Notes: generated by a model from the sequence alone, not told the origin. A stretch of 64,000 bases of DNA from an uncultured Candidatus Saccharibacteria bacterium (GCA_964566135.1 CAZMHM010000002.1:1925-65924); one strand, 5' to 3'. Shown: positions 1 to 10,642, counted from the first letter of the stretch. Numbers and translations are program-made.

Positions 1-849
1 TGGGCTTGGCAGGTAATCGTTCATCATGTCTAGAACTTTTTCAACAATCACACCACGGCCGTCACCACCAGATACTGGGAAGAACTTACCACCCAATGTA
101 GCGGTACGGATAGCTTGCTTTACTTCGTCGATACTGAGGCCTTCTTCACCTACTTCAAAGTACTTTTCTAGCATAGCTTCGTCTTCGGCGACAGCGTTTT
201 CAACAAGGAGGCTTCGATACTTCTTGGCCTTATCAAGCATGTCAGCAGGAATTTCACCTTCGACAAGTGCGTGGTCTGCAAATTCTTTGTAGGTGTATGC
301 TTTCATTTCTACAAGGTCAACAACACCATTGATGCTTTGTTCAAAGCCAATAGGTAAATGTACTGGGAACGCACGCTTGTTTAGGCGATTGTGGATGCTA
401 TCAAGAGATTTGTAGAAATCACCGCCAGTTTGGTTAATCTTGTTGATGAAACAAATGCGAGGCACGCCGTATTTGTCGGCCTGGCGCCAGACAGTTTCGG
501 ATTGTGATTCAACACCCATCTTACCGTCAAAAACAACACAAGCGCCGTCGAGCACGCGCAAAGAGCGTTCTACTTCAACGGTAAAGTCAATGTGTCCTGG
601 GGTGTCAATAATGTTAATTTGGCAATGCTTCCAGAAACAGGTAACTGAGGCTGCAACAATGGTAATACCACGCTCGCGTTCTTGAGCCATCCAGTCGGTT
701 GTAGTTTCGCCGTCGTGTACAGCGCCAATTTTGTGGCTTAAACCGGTGCGGTACAAAATACCTTCGGTTGTAGTTGTCTTACCGGCGTCAATATGCGCGA
801 TAATACCGACGTTACGAATCTTATCCATTGGGGTTGCTTTAGTTGCCAT
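1..849 (-). CDS. fusA: Elongation factor G, N-terminal 283 codons (gene runs off the window's left edge)
   Basis: Hand translation of the reverse strand from ATG 849..847 gives MATKATPMDKIRNVGIIAHIDAGKTTTTEGILYRTG...DWMAQERERGITI...NIIDTPGHIDF. These are the G1-G3 GTPase motifs, and the N-terminus is EF-G type rather than EF-Tu type. The ORF is absent from the track because no stop occurs before the edge. Confidence 0.9.
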   Translation of the reverse strand, partial: MATKATPMDKIRNVGIIAHIDAGKTTTTEGILYRTGLSHKIGAVHDGETTTDWMAQERERGITIVAASVTCFWKHCQINIIDTPGHIDFTVEVERSLRVLDGACVVFDGKMGVESQSETVWRQADKYGVPRICFINKINQTGGDFYKSLDSIHNRLNKRAFPVHLPIGFEQSINGVVDLVEMKAYTYKEFADHALVEGEIPADMLDKAKKYRSLLVENAVAEDEAMLEKYFEVGEEGLSIDEVKQAIRTATLGGKFFPVSGGDGRGVIVEKVLDMMNDYLPSP

Positions 850-931
850 AGTTCCTCTTATTGTTACAAATTATTATTGTTGCTCTCCACGTTTGTGAAT
901 TTTGGCCACAAACAGCAACACTCGGTGGTCA

Positions 932-960
932 ATTATACGCGATTTTTCCCTGTTTGGCTA
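932..960 (-). promoter_or_regulatory. Putative sigma70-type promoter for fusA (TAGCCA-N17-TATAAT)
   Basis: On the minus strand, TATAAT is at 937..932 and a weak -35 TAGCCA is at 960..955 with a 17-nt spacer. The site lies about 80 nt upstream of the fusA ATG. Confidence 0.35.
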
Positions 961-1105
961 GGCTAAAATGCACTACCCAAATAATTCGTAAATGTCGTCA
1001 CGACCCGACTCATCGTCTTGGTCTGTATCAGCATCAAGTATTGCAAGCATATTTGCACATGCAATCCTGCCAGGCCCGTCGCCTCGTATACAGCTCGCGT
1101 GGCGT

Positions 1106-1408
1106 TCAAGAGTGTCTGCCGTCTATACCGTCAGCTTGTTTGAGCTTGCCGGCCCTAATTGCGGCTTCACGAGCACGGATATCAACAATATCAAGCGGGC
1201 ACGAATGCTCATCAGAGGTTTCCGCTGGTTCTGTTACTATCGGCACCACATCTGCAACTGTTTCTTCACTTACTTCTTGGCGGGGCTCAGGCACAGTTGC
1301 GCGAGCAGCAATTTCTGCTTCTTCTAGTATTTCAGCAGCCGTCCAATTGCCTTCGGCAATTAGTCGTTCCATTTCAGGGGTTACAATACGTTCAAATGAT
1401 TCGGTCAT
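1106..1408 (-). CDS. Hypothetical acidic 100-aa protein
   Basis: ORF track entry. AGGA lies 5 nt upstream of the ATG, and the ORF has its own TTTACA-N16-TATAAT promoter upstream. The protein is Glu/Ala-rich and I recognise no motif. Confidence 0.4.
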   Translation of the reverse strand: MTESFERIVTPEMERLIAEGNWTAAEILEEAEIAARATVPEPRQEVSEETVADVVPIVTEPAETSDEHSCPLDIVDIRAREAAIRAGKLKQADGIDGRHS

Positions 1409-1436
1409 GGGGTTCCTATCGATTTATAAATTATTT

Positions 1437-1464
1437 ATTATATAACTTTTACTTTTTTTGTAAA
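1437..1464 (-). promoter_or_regulatory. Putative promoter TTTACA-N16-TATAAT for the 100-aa ORF
   Basis: On the minus strand, -35 TTTACA is at 1464..1459 and -10 TATAAT is at 1442..1437 with a 16-nt spacer. Confidence 0.4.
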
Positions 1465-1472
1465 GTGTAGCA

Positions 1473-1844
1473 TTACACTGGTTGTTCTGGCGGTACCGAG
1501 CCATCATACCCATCGTGCTCTTGCCTGAAGTAATCGAGTACGGCACTCGTGCCTAAATCAAGCAAAATATGCTCTACTGTTGCTCGCACTCGTGCCTCGT
1601 TTGTGAGGCTACCGAACCCACTATTTATATTAAATCGTAGTAGTGTTGCATGTTCCGAAGTCAGCATGTGCTCTAGGTTAACTGATACATCACCCTTAAC
1701 AAATTCCAGATATTCTGCCGAAGGCGAAAATGGAGGTTCAATCCTGATTTGGCCAGTATTGAGCTCTTCAGTTCCACCAACGTATGCACGGTATGGATTA
1801 CCGTCTCTTTCATATTCGGGAGGTAGTACTTCAAAAAATGCCAT
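1473..1844 (-). CDS. Hypothetical 123-aa protein
   Basis: ORF track entry. Its ATG lies 1 nt after the stop of the upstream 103-aa ORF, which suggests translational coupling. No recognisable motif. Confidence 0.55.
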   Translation of the reverse strand: MAFFEVLPPEYERDGNPYRAYVGGTEELNTGQIRIEPPFSPSAEYLEFVKGDVSVNLEHMLTSEHATLLRFNINSGFGSLTNEARVRATVEHILLDLGTSAVLDYFRQEHDGYDGSVPPEQPV

Positions 1845-1845
1845 A

Positions 1846-2157
1846 TTACTCCGTACCTTCTTGCGTTAGGTTGTCAAGCTTTGCAACCAAACCATCCAGC
1901 TCGGAATGCTGGCCAATAACAAAGTCCTGCATAATTGCATGATATCCAAGATTGTAGGCCATATGATCTTGCGCGTCACGTATAGCTCGATACATAACGC
2001 CAGTATCAATAACGTCACCTAGTTCCTCTGGGGTATTAATACTTACGCTGACACTCTGTTTTACTACATCCCTTGCCAGACGAATATATAAGTCGGCTGG
2101 CTGCTCAAAATATACTCCGGGGTATACCTTTTCTGCTACTTCTATCCATTTGCGCAT
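1846..2157 (-). CDS. Hypothetical 103-aa protein
   Basis: ORF track entry. It is the first gene after the rpsG terminator, and a TAAGG sequence lies about 10 nt upstream of the ATG. Confidence 0.55.
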   Translation of the reverse strand: MRKWIEVAEKVYPGVYFEQPADLYIRLARDVVKQSVSVSINTPEELGDVIDTGVMYRAIRDAQDHMAYNLGYHAIMQDFVIGQHSELDGLVAKLDNLTQEGTE

Positions 2158-2222
2158 TGTTATTTCGCCTTACTTTTTAACTACAACTATATCTAGGAGT
2201 ATAAACTCGATACTTCAAGTAA

Positions 2223-2256
2223 CCAAAAGCGCCTTACGTAATGATGCGTAAGGCGC
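2223..2256 (-). terminator. Intrinsic terminator after rpsG
   Basis: The minus strand reads GCGCCTTACG-CATCATTA-CGTAAGGCGC followed by TTTTGG. This is a perfect 10-bp stem. Confidence 0.8.
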
Positions 2257-2280
2257 AATTTAGTCTGTTTAATACAGGAT

Positions 2281-2760
2281 TTAGGTACGGGCGAAGTGAG
2301 CAAACGCGCGGTTTGACTCAGCCATCTTGTGCGTATCTTCACGCTTCTTAACAGCTGCACCGGTGCCGTTAAAGGCATCCATGATTTCTGCTGCTAAGCG
2401 ATCAGCCATTGGCATGCCCTTGCGAGCACGAGCGGCAGCCACGAACCACATAAGGGTAAGGTGACTTTGGCGCTGGCCACGAACTTCAAAAGGAATCTGA
2501 TAGTTCGCACCACCGACACGGCGAGAACGAGTCTCGACGCTAGGCTTTACGTTATCGAGTGCTTTGTTAAGCACCTCTAGTGCGTCTTCTTGCTTTAGCT
2601 TAGCTGCTGCTGATTCCATTGCGTCATACACAATGCGCTCTGCAAGCTGCTTTTTACCATCAAGCATGACACGGTTGATTAAACGTGCAACGCGGACGTT
2701 GTGATACTTTCGGTCTGGTTCAACTTCTCGGACCAGGCTCTTGGTTTTCTTTCGTGGCAT
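2281..2760 (-). CDS. rpsG: 30S ribosomal protein S7
   Basis: The 159-aa sequence [45 protein letters not shown]... is typical S7, and the gene lies downstream of rpsL. Confidence 0.97.
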   Translation of the reverse strand: MPRKKTKSLVREVEPDRKYHNVRVARLINRVMLDGKKQLAERIVYDAMESAAAKLKQEDALEVLNKALDNVKPSVETRSRRVGGANYQIPFEVRGQRQSHLTLMWFVAAARARKGMPMADRLAAEIMDAFNGTGAAVKKREDTHKMAESNRAFAHFART

Positions 2761-2837
2761 TTCTGTACTCCTTTATTTAATACTTCGGTGTGTTCCTGGC
2801 TGGTAGGCCGGCGGTCACTGAAGCCACGTTAAAATTA

Positions 2838-3251
2838 CTATTTACTATCTTTTTTGGCGCCGTACTTACTGCGACCTTGCTTGCGGTTGTTAACACCTTG
2901 CAAGTCGAGTGAGCCACGTACCACGTGGTAACGAACACCAGGAAGGTCAGGCACACGGCCACCGCGGATTAATACCACAGCGTGCTCTTGTAGGTTGTGA
3001 CCTTCACCACCAATGTAGGCCCATACTTCGTAGCCATTAGTAAGGCGCACACGTGCTACCTTACGCAAAGCTGAGTTAGGCTTTTTTGGAGTCTTGGTTG
3101 TTACCTTTACGCAGACACCACGCTTAAATGGTGCTGGTTTTTCGTAAGCCTTAGTCTTAAGGCTGTTTGTTACGCGCATCAAAGCAGGAGACTTGCTTTT
3201 TACACTTGCTCTCCCACGAGGTTTGCGAACTAATTGATTGATTGTTGGCAT
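2838..3251 (-). CDS. rpsL: 30S ribosomal protein S12
   Basis: [12 protein letters not shown]...[36 protein letters not shown]...[14 protein letters not shown] is a canonical S12 sequence. Confidence 0.97.
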   Translation of the reverse strand: MPTINQLVRKPRGRASVKSKSPALMRVTNSLKTKAYEKPAPFKRGVCVKVTTKTPKKPNSALRKVARVRLTNGYEVWAYIGGEGHNLQEHAVVLIRGGRVPDLPGVRYHVVRGSLDLQGVNNRKQGRSKYGAKKDSK

Positions 3252-3273
3252 ACAGGTTCCTATTTAAACAGAT

Positions 3274-6200
3274 TTATACTTCTTCGTCAAGAAGTTCGTC
3301 GTCATCGACATCTGGCGTGTAGCCAGTGCCAACTGGAATCTTGCGACCCAGGATAACGTTTTCTTTAAGACCATACAGCTGATCGACCTTGCCACTTGTT
3401 GCTGCTGCGATAAGAACACGAGTTGTGTCTTGGAAGCTTGCAGCTGACAAGAAGCTATCAGCCCAGGTTGATACCTTGGTAATTCCGAGTAGTAGCTGGC
3501 TGTATCCTGCTGGCTTTTTGCCTTCTTCTACAAGACGCAAGTTTGCCTCGAATACTGCAGCACGGCTCGCAATATCACCAGTTACAAATTCACTATCACC
3601 AGGTTCTTCGATGGTTACACGGCTAAACATCTGACGCACAACGATTTCGAGGTGCTTATCAGCGATGTTCTGACCTTGGGTTGCGAAAATCTTGCTGATT
3701 TCGTTCATGATGTAGCGCTGAGTATCTTCAACACTCTTAAGACGCATTAAGTCATGAAGGTTAACAGAACCACTCGTAAGACGATCGCCAGCCTTAACGC
3801 TGTCGCCATCTTTAACAAGCAATTGCTTAAAGCCAGGGATTTCGTAACGGACAACCGCTTGGCTCTTTGGCACGATGGTAATTTCGGTTTCTTTAACAGT
3901 TACCTTACCAGCCATGCTTGCTACTAACGGTTCAGCACCCTTTTCACGAGCGGCAAGTACATCACCAATTGATACCTCTTGGCCATCGGTAACACCTGCA
4001 GTGCGACCGAGTAGTGGCAATACTAATGACTGCTCTTCTACGCCGGTTACTTGTACTACATAGTGATCACCTTCTTCCCAAAGGTTAACAGCACCGTCAA
4101 CATCAGAAAGATATGCTTGACCCTTAGGAGTACGAACTTCAAAGAGCTCTTCTACACGGTTAAGACCTTGGGCGGTTTCGTCGGCCATGATTGCGCCGGC
4201 ACGGTGCTTAGAGTCAAGTGAAAGCTGGGTACCAGGCTCACCAATACTCTGTGCAGCAATAACACCAACTGGGTGGCGATTAACCACTAATTGGCCAGTT
4301 GCTGGGTCAACACCATAGCTCTTGCGGCTAATACCACGAACGTTGCCACTTGTTAGTGCGCTCATGATTTTAACGCTTGCAAGGTCGCTCGTTTCAACAT
4401 CAGCTGCGGCTGAGCGAGTGATTAAATCACCCTTAGCAACAAGTGTTTTGCCTGCAACAACAACATCTTCGGCAGCAAAGCGGCCTTCGAGCTTGTGTGC
4501 AAAGGTTACACCAATTTCTTCGGCGTCAGCGCGATAGATAGTGAATCCTGGATCTTCGGCGTCATCTTCTACGGTAAATACATCTTGCGATACATCAACT
4601 AAACGACGTGTTAGGTAGCCAGAGTCAGCGGTCTTCAGGGCGATGTCGATAAGCGCCTTACGAGTACCACGGGTACCGGTAAAGTATTCAAGTGGGCTAA
4701 GACCATGCTTGTAGCCAGCCTTAATTGGGAGTTCGATAGCACGGCCACTGGTGTCAGATACAACACCAAGCATACCAACACTACTCTTCATCTGACCGAT
4801 ATTACCACGAGCACCAGATGTAACGGCGATAGACATAGAATTGTCTTGGCCAGCAAGCTGATCGGCGAGTGTTGTTTGTACACGGCCGTCAACCTTCATC
4901 CAGTTTTCAACAGTCAAGCGATATCGCTCGTCGTTTGTCATAAAACCAGCTTCGTATTGATTGCTGATTTCAGCAGCTCGATCTTCACCTTCTTGGATGA
5001 GACCAGCCATTCCCTTGATATCAGGGAAGTCGTCCATACCCATTGAAAGGCCAGAGATAGTTGCATATTCAAACGCAAGGTCTTTAAGGAAGTCGGCGAT
5101 TTCTGCAGTCTTTTCTTGACCATACTTTTCGTATACTTGGGCCATAACCTTCTGAATTTTCTTCTTGGTCATAGCTTCGTTCTGGTATGGGAAGTCGCTT
5201 GGGAATAACTCGTTGAACAATAGGCGTCCTAGAGTAGTTTCACGCTTTTCGCCACGGAACTGTACCGAAATTGGGCTTTGAAGCTTAATAGTACCTTCTT
5301 CGTAGGCCATTAACGTTTCGTCAATGTCGCTGTAGTTTCGGGTAGCATCTTTTTGGTACTTGTCGTACGTCAAGTAGTAGGTGCCAAGCACGATATCTTG
5401 TTCGATGTGGAGCACCGGTGAACCGTCAGCTGGCTTTAGAATGTTCTTGCTTGCTGCCATGATGTCACGAGCTTCTGCTTGTGCGGCATCTGATAGTGGC
5501 AAGTGAACAGCCATCTGGTCACCGTCAAAGTCAGCGTTAAAACCTTTACAAACTAATGGATGCAGCTGGATAGCCTTACCTTCGATAAGTCGAGGTTGGA
5601 ACGCTTGGATACTTAGGCGGTGCAATGAAGGAGCACGGTTTAATAGCACGTACTTACCCTTAATTACTTCGTCGAGTGCATCCCAAACCGTAATATCACC
5701 AAGCTCGATTAAACGAGTTGCTGAACGGATGTTGTGTGCATGTTCATTAACAATGAGGTGGCCAATAACAAATGGTTTGAATAGTTCAAGCGCCATCATC
5801 TTTGGTAGACCACATTCGTTAATCTTAAGTTCTGGGCCAGCAACAATTACTGAACGGCCAGAGTAGTCAACACGCTTACCTAAAAGGTTTTGGCGGAATC
5901 GACCCTGCTTACCCTTAAGCATGTCAGAAAGACTCTTAAGGCGACGGCGTTGGCCGGTGCTACTTACCGCACGACCGCTACGTGCAGAGTTGTTGTCGAT
6001 GAGTGCATCAACAGCTTCTTGCAGCATACGCATTTCGTTACGGCGGATAACTTCTGGAGCGTTAAGGTCAATGAGCTTCTTAAGACGGTTATTACGGTTA
6101 ATAACACGTCGGTAAAGGTCGTTAAGGTCACTGGTTGCGAAACGGCCGCCAGTAAGCTGCACCATTGGGCGCAAATCTGGAGGAATAACTGGCAACACCG

Positions 6201-7086
6201 TTAGGCACATGCTTGCGGGTTCGATACCGGCGCGTTGCATGCTCTCTAGAATTCGGAGGCGCTTCATTATCTTCTTCTTGCGTTGTCCCTTAGCTTCTTC
6301 TACTTCGACAGAAAGCTGTGCGATGAGTTCTGAAAGATCAACGCTATCAAGCATTGCCTTAACAGCATCACCACCCATACCAACCTTGATGAAATCTTGC
6401 AAATCATCAGGAAGCGCGCGGTAATCAGTCTCGCTAAGAAGTGCGTGTCGCTGTAGGCTATCGAGTTGTGCCTTAAGTTTTTCGTATTCTTTAGCAGTTT
6501 CTTCAAGCTCTTTGGTGCGCTCTGTAGCCAAAGCTTTCACATCAGCACCGTCTTCTGCTGCAGTTTGCTCGTAGCGAGCTTCGATAGCAATTTTAGCAGC
6601 TGCTGCTTCGGCTTCTTTGTCGGCCATCATCTGGTCGCGCTTAGCTTCGTCAACTTCTAGGATTACATAGCTTGCAAAGTAGGCAATGCGCTCTAGGTTC
6701 TTAACAGTCATGTTAAGTACGAGGCCGGTTGCACTTGGTGTACCACGGAGGAACCAAATGTGCGTTACTGGGCTTGCTAAGGTAATGTGCCCCATTCGTT
6801 CACGTCGTACAATTGCCTTGGTTACGATTTCGCCGTTTTTATCAACAGCGGCTTCGCGACTTCGAAGACCCTTGTACTTCGCATCATGTGGGTTAATATC
6901 TTTTACTGGTCCAAAAATCTTTTCGCAGAACAAACCATCTCGTTCTGGCTTCTGGGTTCGGTAGTTGATGGTTTCTGGTTTTGTAACCTCGCCATAACTC
7001 CAATCCATGATATCGCTAGGGCTAGCAACCGCGAGGCGCACAGCATCAAAGTCGGCGATATTGGTACCGTGAGAGTATTTTCGCAT
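3274..7086 (-). CDS. rpoC: DNA-directed RNA polymerase subunit beta'
   Basis: 1270 aa. It contains the NADFDGDQMAVH catalytic Mg motif and starts 4 nt after the rpoB stop. Confidence 0.98.
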   Translation of the reverse strand: MRKYSHGTNIADFDAVRLAVASPSDIMDWSYGEVTKPETINYRTQKPERDGLFCEKIFGPVKDINPHDAKYKGLRSREAAVDKNGEIVTKAIVRRERMGHITLASPVTHIWFLRGTPSATGLVLNMTVKNLERIAYFASYVILEVDEAKRDQMMADKEAEAAAAKIAIEARYEQTAAEDGADVKALATERTKELEETAKEYEKLKAQLDSLQRHALLSETDYRALPDDLQDFIKVGMGGDAVKAMLDSVDLSELIAQLSVEVEEAKGQRKKKIMKRLRILESMQRAGIEPASMCLTVLPVIPPDLRPMVQLTGGRFATSDLNDLYRRVINRNNRLKKLIDLNAPEVIRRNEMRMLQEAVDALIDNNSARSGRAVSSTGQRRRLKSLSDMLKGKQGRFRQNLLGKRVDYSGRSVIVAGPELKINECGLPKMMALELFKPFVIGHLIVNEHAHNIRSATRLIELGDITVWDALDEVIKGKYVLLNRAPSLHRLSIQAFQPRLIEGKAIQLHPLVCKGFNADFDGDQMAVHLPLSDAAQAEARDIMAASKNILKPADGSPVLHIEQDIVLGTYYLTYDKYQKDATRNYSDIDETLMAYEEGTIKLQSPISVQFRGEKRETTLGRLLFNELFPSDFPYQNEAMTKKKIQKVMAQVYEKYGQEKTAEIADFLKDLAFEYATISGLSMGMDDFPDIKGMAGLIQEGEDRAAEISNQYEAGFMTNDERYRLTVENWMKVDGRVQTTLADQLAGQDNSMSIAVTSGARGNIGQMKSSVGMLGVVSDTSGRAIELPIKAGYKHGLSPLEYFTGTRGTRKALIDIALKTADSGYLTRRLVDVSQDVFTVEDDAEDPGFTIYRADAEEIGVTFAHKLEGRFAAEDVVVAGKTLVAKGDLITRSAAADVETSDLASVKIMSALTSGNVRGISRKSYGVDPATGQLVVNRHPVGVIAAQSIGEPGTQLSLDSKHRAGAIMADETAQGLNRVEELFEVRTPKGQAYLSDVDGAVNLWEEGDHYVVQVTGVEEQSLVLPLLGRTAGVTDGQEVSIGDVLAAREKGAEPLVASMAGKVTVKETEITIVPKSQAVVRYEIPGFKQLLVKDGDSVKAGDRLTSGSVNLHDLMRLKSVEDTQRYIMNEISKIFATQGQNIADKHLEIVVRQMFSRVTIEEPGDSEFVTGDIASRAAVFEANLRLVEEGKKPAGYSQLLLGITKVSTWADSFLSAASFQDTTRVLIAAATSGKVDQLYGLKENVILGRKIPVGTGYTPDVDDDELLDEEV

Positions 7087-7090
7087 CGAA

Positions 7091-10000
7091 TTATGCCTCC
7101 CCTTCTTCTATTACTTCATCTGATTCATCGAGTTCCTCGACAGCGCCAACGGCAACTTCTTCACCCTTTTCGTCTAGTACTAAAAATTCATCTGCAACAA
7201 TGTCTTCGGTTACGTCAACATCGCTAATTGCGTCTTGAGGAACTTCGACATCTGATTGATGGCTTGCTTCGTCTTTGATGTTAACTTCGAGGAGTTCCTC
7301 GGCGTCAACAACATGGCCGATGCTTTGATCAACGAGATCAACCTTAAGGCCGAGACCTTGCAGTTCTTTCACAAGCACGTTAAAGCTTTCTGGAACCTTT
7401 GGTCCAACAATCTCGGTTTGCTTGATGATGCTTTCGTAAGCCTTTGCGCGTCCGTAAACATCGTCAGACTTAATGGTAAGCATTTCTTGTAGTGTGCTGG
7501 CGGCGCCGTAAGCTTCGAGCGCCCACACTTCCATCTCTCCAAAGCGCTGACCACCATTTTGCGCCTTACCACCAAGTGGCTGCTGGGTAACCATAGTGTA
7601 TGGCCCAGTGCTACGAGCGTGAATCTTATCGGCAATCATGTGGTTAAGCTTAATCATGTACATACTGCCAACGGTGGTTCGTTCTTTGAACGGTTCACCA
7701 TTGCGGCCATCGTACAACTGTTGCTTGCCGTCTTCTGGCAAGCCAGCTTCCTTAAGCAAACTTTGAATCTTATCAATTGGCACACCATTAAATGGTGGGC
7801 TGGCTACCTTTAGGCCTAGGGCACGTGCGGCCATACCAAGGTGAGTTTCGAACAACTGTCCGATGTTCATACGACTCGGCACACCGAGTGGGTTAAGCAC
7901 TAAGTCCATTGGCGTACCGTCTTCGGTAAATGGCATGTCTTCTTGTGGAAGAACGCGGGCAATAACACCCTTGTTACCGTGACGACCACCAAGCTTGTCT
8001 CCAACTGCAACTTTACGCATTTGGGCAACAAACACCTGGATTTGCATAATCACACCGGCTTTAAGCTCGTGGCCGTTAGCGCGGCTAAATACCTTAACGC
8101 CAACAACTTTACCGTGCTTACCGTTACTCATACGCTGTGAAGTATCACGTACTTCCTTGGCTTTTTCACCAAAGATAGCGCGCAATAGGCGTTCTTCGCT
8201 TGAAAGTTCTTGCTCACCCTTAGGGGTAATCTTACCAACAAGGATATCGCCTGGGCGAACTTCGGCACCAATGCGGACAATACCGTCATCATCAAGGTGA
8301 CGGAGCGCTTCTTCAGATACGTTTGGTATATCGCGAGTAACAACTTCTGGTCCGAGCTTTGTTTCACGAACTTCGGTCATGTAATCAACAATGTGGATGC
8401 TCGTAAAGACATCGTCTTTAACTAAGCGATCGCTTACGATGATAGCGTCTTCAAAGTTGTAGCCGCTCCATGGCATGAATGCCACTAGTACGTCTTTACC
8501 AAGTGCAAGTTCGCCGTTTTCGACGCTCATGCCCTCGATGAGCACATCACCAGCTTTTACTGCATCACCAGAGTTAACAACAACTTTTTGGTTGATGCTT
8601 GAACCCTCGTTACTGCGCTGGAAGTGAAGTGGGTGGTATGACTTTTTGACTTTACCGTATTCAACAACAACTTCGTCACCACTTGCCTTAGTAACAATAC
8701 CGTCTTCTTCGGCAAGAGTAATCTGGCCCGTGTTACGTGCGGCAGTTGCCTCGATACCAGTACCAACAATCGGAGATTGTGGGTTGATAAGTGGCACAGC
8801 CTGACGTTGCTGGTTGCTACCCATGAGTGAGCGGTACACGTAGTTCTTTTCAATAAATGGAATCAATGCAGCAGATGAACCAACGATTTGCTTTAGGGCT
8901 GCGTCCATGTGTGTAACTTCGTTGGCATCGACTTCACCGGCAACTAAACGAGCACGTACCGAAACACGTGGCTCTACAAAGTAACCGTTTTCGTCAATAT
9001 CATTACCGGCACCGGCAATAACAGCTTTTTCTTCTTCGCTTGCGTCAAGGTAAATGACTTCGGTGGTAACCTTAGCCTTGATTGGCCAGGTAATTTTGCT
9101 TTTTACAGCTTCGAGCTTTTTAGCATCAGCAGCAGTAATGGTTGCACCTTTTTTAACGATGGTCTTGCCCTTTTCGTCTTCTAAATCAACGGCAGCAATA
9201 TGGCCTGCTGCGTCTTTTGCTGGTACAGCGTTCAATACTTTGCGATATGGAGTTTCAAGGAAACCATACTCGTTAATACGAGCATAGCTAGCCATGTTAA
9301 GTACCAAACCAATGTTGGCACCTTCTGGTGTTTCAACGGCACAAATACGACCGTAGTGAGTAGCGTGCGCGTCACGAACTTCAAAACCAGCGCGTTCGCG
9401 TGATAGGCCACCAGGACCCATCGAGCTCAGGCGTCGCTTGTGGGCGAGCTCAGATAGCGGATTAATTTGGTCCATGAACTGGCTAAGTTGTGAGCTTGCA
9501 AAGAATTCGCGGACAGCAGCAACAACCGGGCGAGCATTAATAAGCTGGCCAGGGGTTACTGTTTCGATTTCGCTCATACTCATGCGGTCTTTAGCGTTTC
9601 GTTCCATGCGGAGTAAACCAATACGGAACTGGCGCTGTACGAGTTCACCAACCAATTTCACACGGCGATTAGCAAGGCTATCGATATCGTCTGCTAAGTC
9701 TTGTGTGTTGTTAAGGCGAATAACTTCGGCAACAATAGCAATGAGGTCTTCTAGACGCATAACACGGTTTTCAGCAGTGTTAGGCACATCTAGGTCTAGG
9801 CGCTTGTTAATCTTGTAACGACCAACACGGCTAAAGTCAAAGCGCTTAAAGTTGTAGAACATGTTTTCTAGCAAGCTTCGAGCGTTATCAACAGTAGCTA
9901 AATCACCTGGGCGCAAACGACGATACACTTCGATAAGCGCTTCGTTGCTACCCTTAGCAGGATCTTTTTCGAGTGTTGCATTGATGTAATTGAGCTTGCC

Positions 10001-10642
10001 AGTATCAACGTGCTTTACGGCTTCGTGGATAGCAGTTTCGCTCATACCAAGTGCCTTAAATAGAGTTGTAACCGCAATCTTACGACGGCGATCAATCTTT
10101 ACATAAAGAGCACCGCTGGCTGCAGTCTCAAATTCAAGCCATGCACCACGGTTAGGGATAACCTTAGCGCCATAGAGCTTGTGTCCACCATGATTATCAG
10201 ACGTAAAGAACACGCCTGGGCTACGAATAAGCTGGCTAACAACAACGCGCTCAGCGCCATTGATAACGAACGTACCGCGCTCGGTCATCCATGGGTAATC
10301 ACCCAAGTAGATTTCTTGTTCTTTAACTTCGCCTGTTACCTTGTTGGTAAGTTCTACAACTGCCTTTAATGGGGCATCGTAGCTGACGTTGTTTTCGCGA
10401 GCTTCAGCTTCGGAAATTTTTGGTTCCTCAAAGTGGTAGCTCTTGAAACTTAATGATAGTTTTGTACCAGTGTAGTCATCGATAGGACTAACTTCGGCTA
10501 AAAGCTCACCCAAACCCTCATCAACAAACCACTGGAAACTCTTGTTCTGGTGGTCAACTAGGTTCGGGAGGCTGATATCTTCACTTTTTGTGTAATATGT
10601 ACGCGAAACTTGCGTCGTATCCTTGGCTGCTGTCTTGGCCAT
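7091..10642 (-). CDS. rpoB: DNA-directed RNA polymerase subunit beta
   Basis: 1183 aa with conserved beta-subunit blocks (GEMEVWALEAYGAA, NMGQ-like region). It has an acidic C-terminal tail. Confidence 0.98.
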   Translation of the reverse strand: MAKTAAKDTTQVSRTYYTKSEDISLPNLVDHQNKSFQWFVDEGLGELLAEVSPIDDYTGTKLSLSFKSYHFEEPKISEAEARENNVSYDAPLKAVVELTNKVTGEVKEQEIYLGDYPWMTERGTFVINGAERVVVSQLIRSPGVFFTSDNHGGHKLYGAKVIPNRGAWLEFETAASGALYVKIDRRRKIAVTTLFKALGMSETAIHEAVKHVDTGKLNYINATLEKDPAKGSNEALIEVYRRLRPGDLATVDNARSLLENMFYNFKRFDFSRVGRYKINKRLDLDVPNTAENRVMRLEDLIAIVAEVIRLNNTQDLADDIDSLANRRVKLVGELVQRQFRIGLLRMERNAKDRMSMSEIETVTPGQLINARPVVAAVREFFASSQLSQFMDQINPLSELAHKRRLSSMGPGGLSRERAGFEVRDAHATHYGRICAVETPEGANIGLVLNMASYARINEYGFLETPYRKVLNAVPAKDAAGHIAAVDLEDEKGKTIVKKGATITAADAKKLEAVKSKITWPIKAKVTTEVIYLDASEEEKAVIAGAGNDIDENGYFVEPRVSVRARLVAGEVDANEVTHMDAALKQIVGSSAALIPFIEKNYVYRSLMGSNQQRQAVPLINPQSPIVGTGIEATAARNTGQITLAEEDGIVTKASGDEVVVEYGKVKKSYHPLHFQRSNEGSSINQKVVVNSGDAVKAGDVLIEGMSVENGELALGKDVLVAFMPWSGYNFEDAIIVSDRLVKDDVFTSIHIVDYMTEVRETKLGPEVVTRDIPNVSEEALRHLDDDGIVRIGAEVRPGDILVGKITPKGEQELSSEERLLRAIFGEKAKEVRDTSQRMSNGKHGKVVGVKVFSRANGHELKAGVIMQIQVFVAQMRKVAVGDKLGGRHGNKGVIARVLPQEDMPFTEDGTPMDLVLNPLGVPSRMNIGQLFETHLGMAARALGLKVASPPFNGVPIDKIQSLLKEAGLPEDGKQQLYDGRNGEPFKERTTVGSMYMIKLNHMIADKIHARSTGPYTMVTQQPLGGKAQNGGQRFGEMEVWALEAYGAASTLQEMLTIKSDDVYGRAKAYESIIKQTEIVGPKVPESFNVLVKELQGLGLKVDLVDQSIGHVVDAEELLEVNIKDEASHQSDVEVPQDAISDVDVTEDIVADEFLVLDEKGEEVAVGAVEELDESDEVIEEGEA

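Noticed and set aside
861-1470. Plus-strand ORFs of 194, 111 and 103 aa overlapping the acidic 100-aa gene region
   Set aside because: They overlap one another, are Ser/Cys/Leu-rich and low-complexity, and have no SD. They are antisense to a minus-strand ORF that has its own promoter and RBS. The minus ORF itself is only moderately supported.
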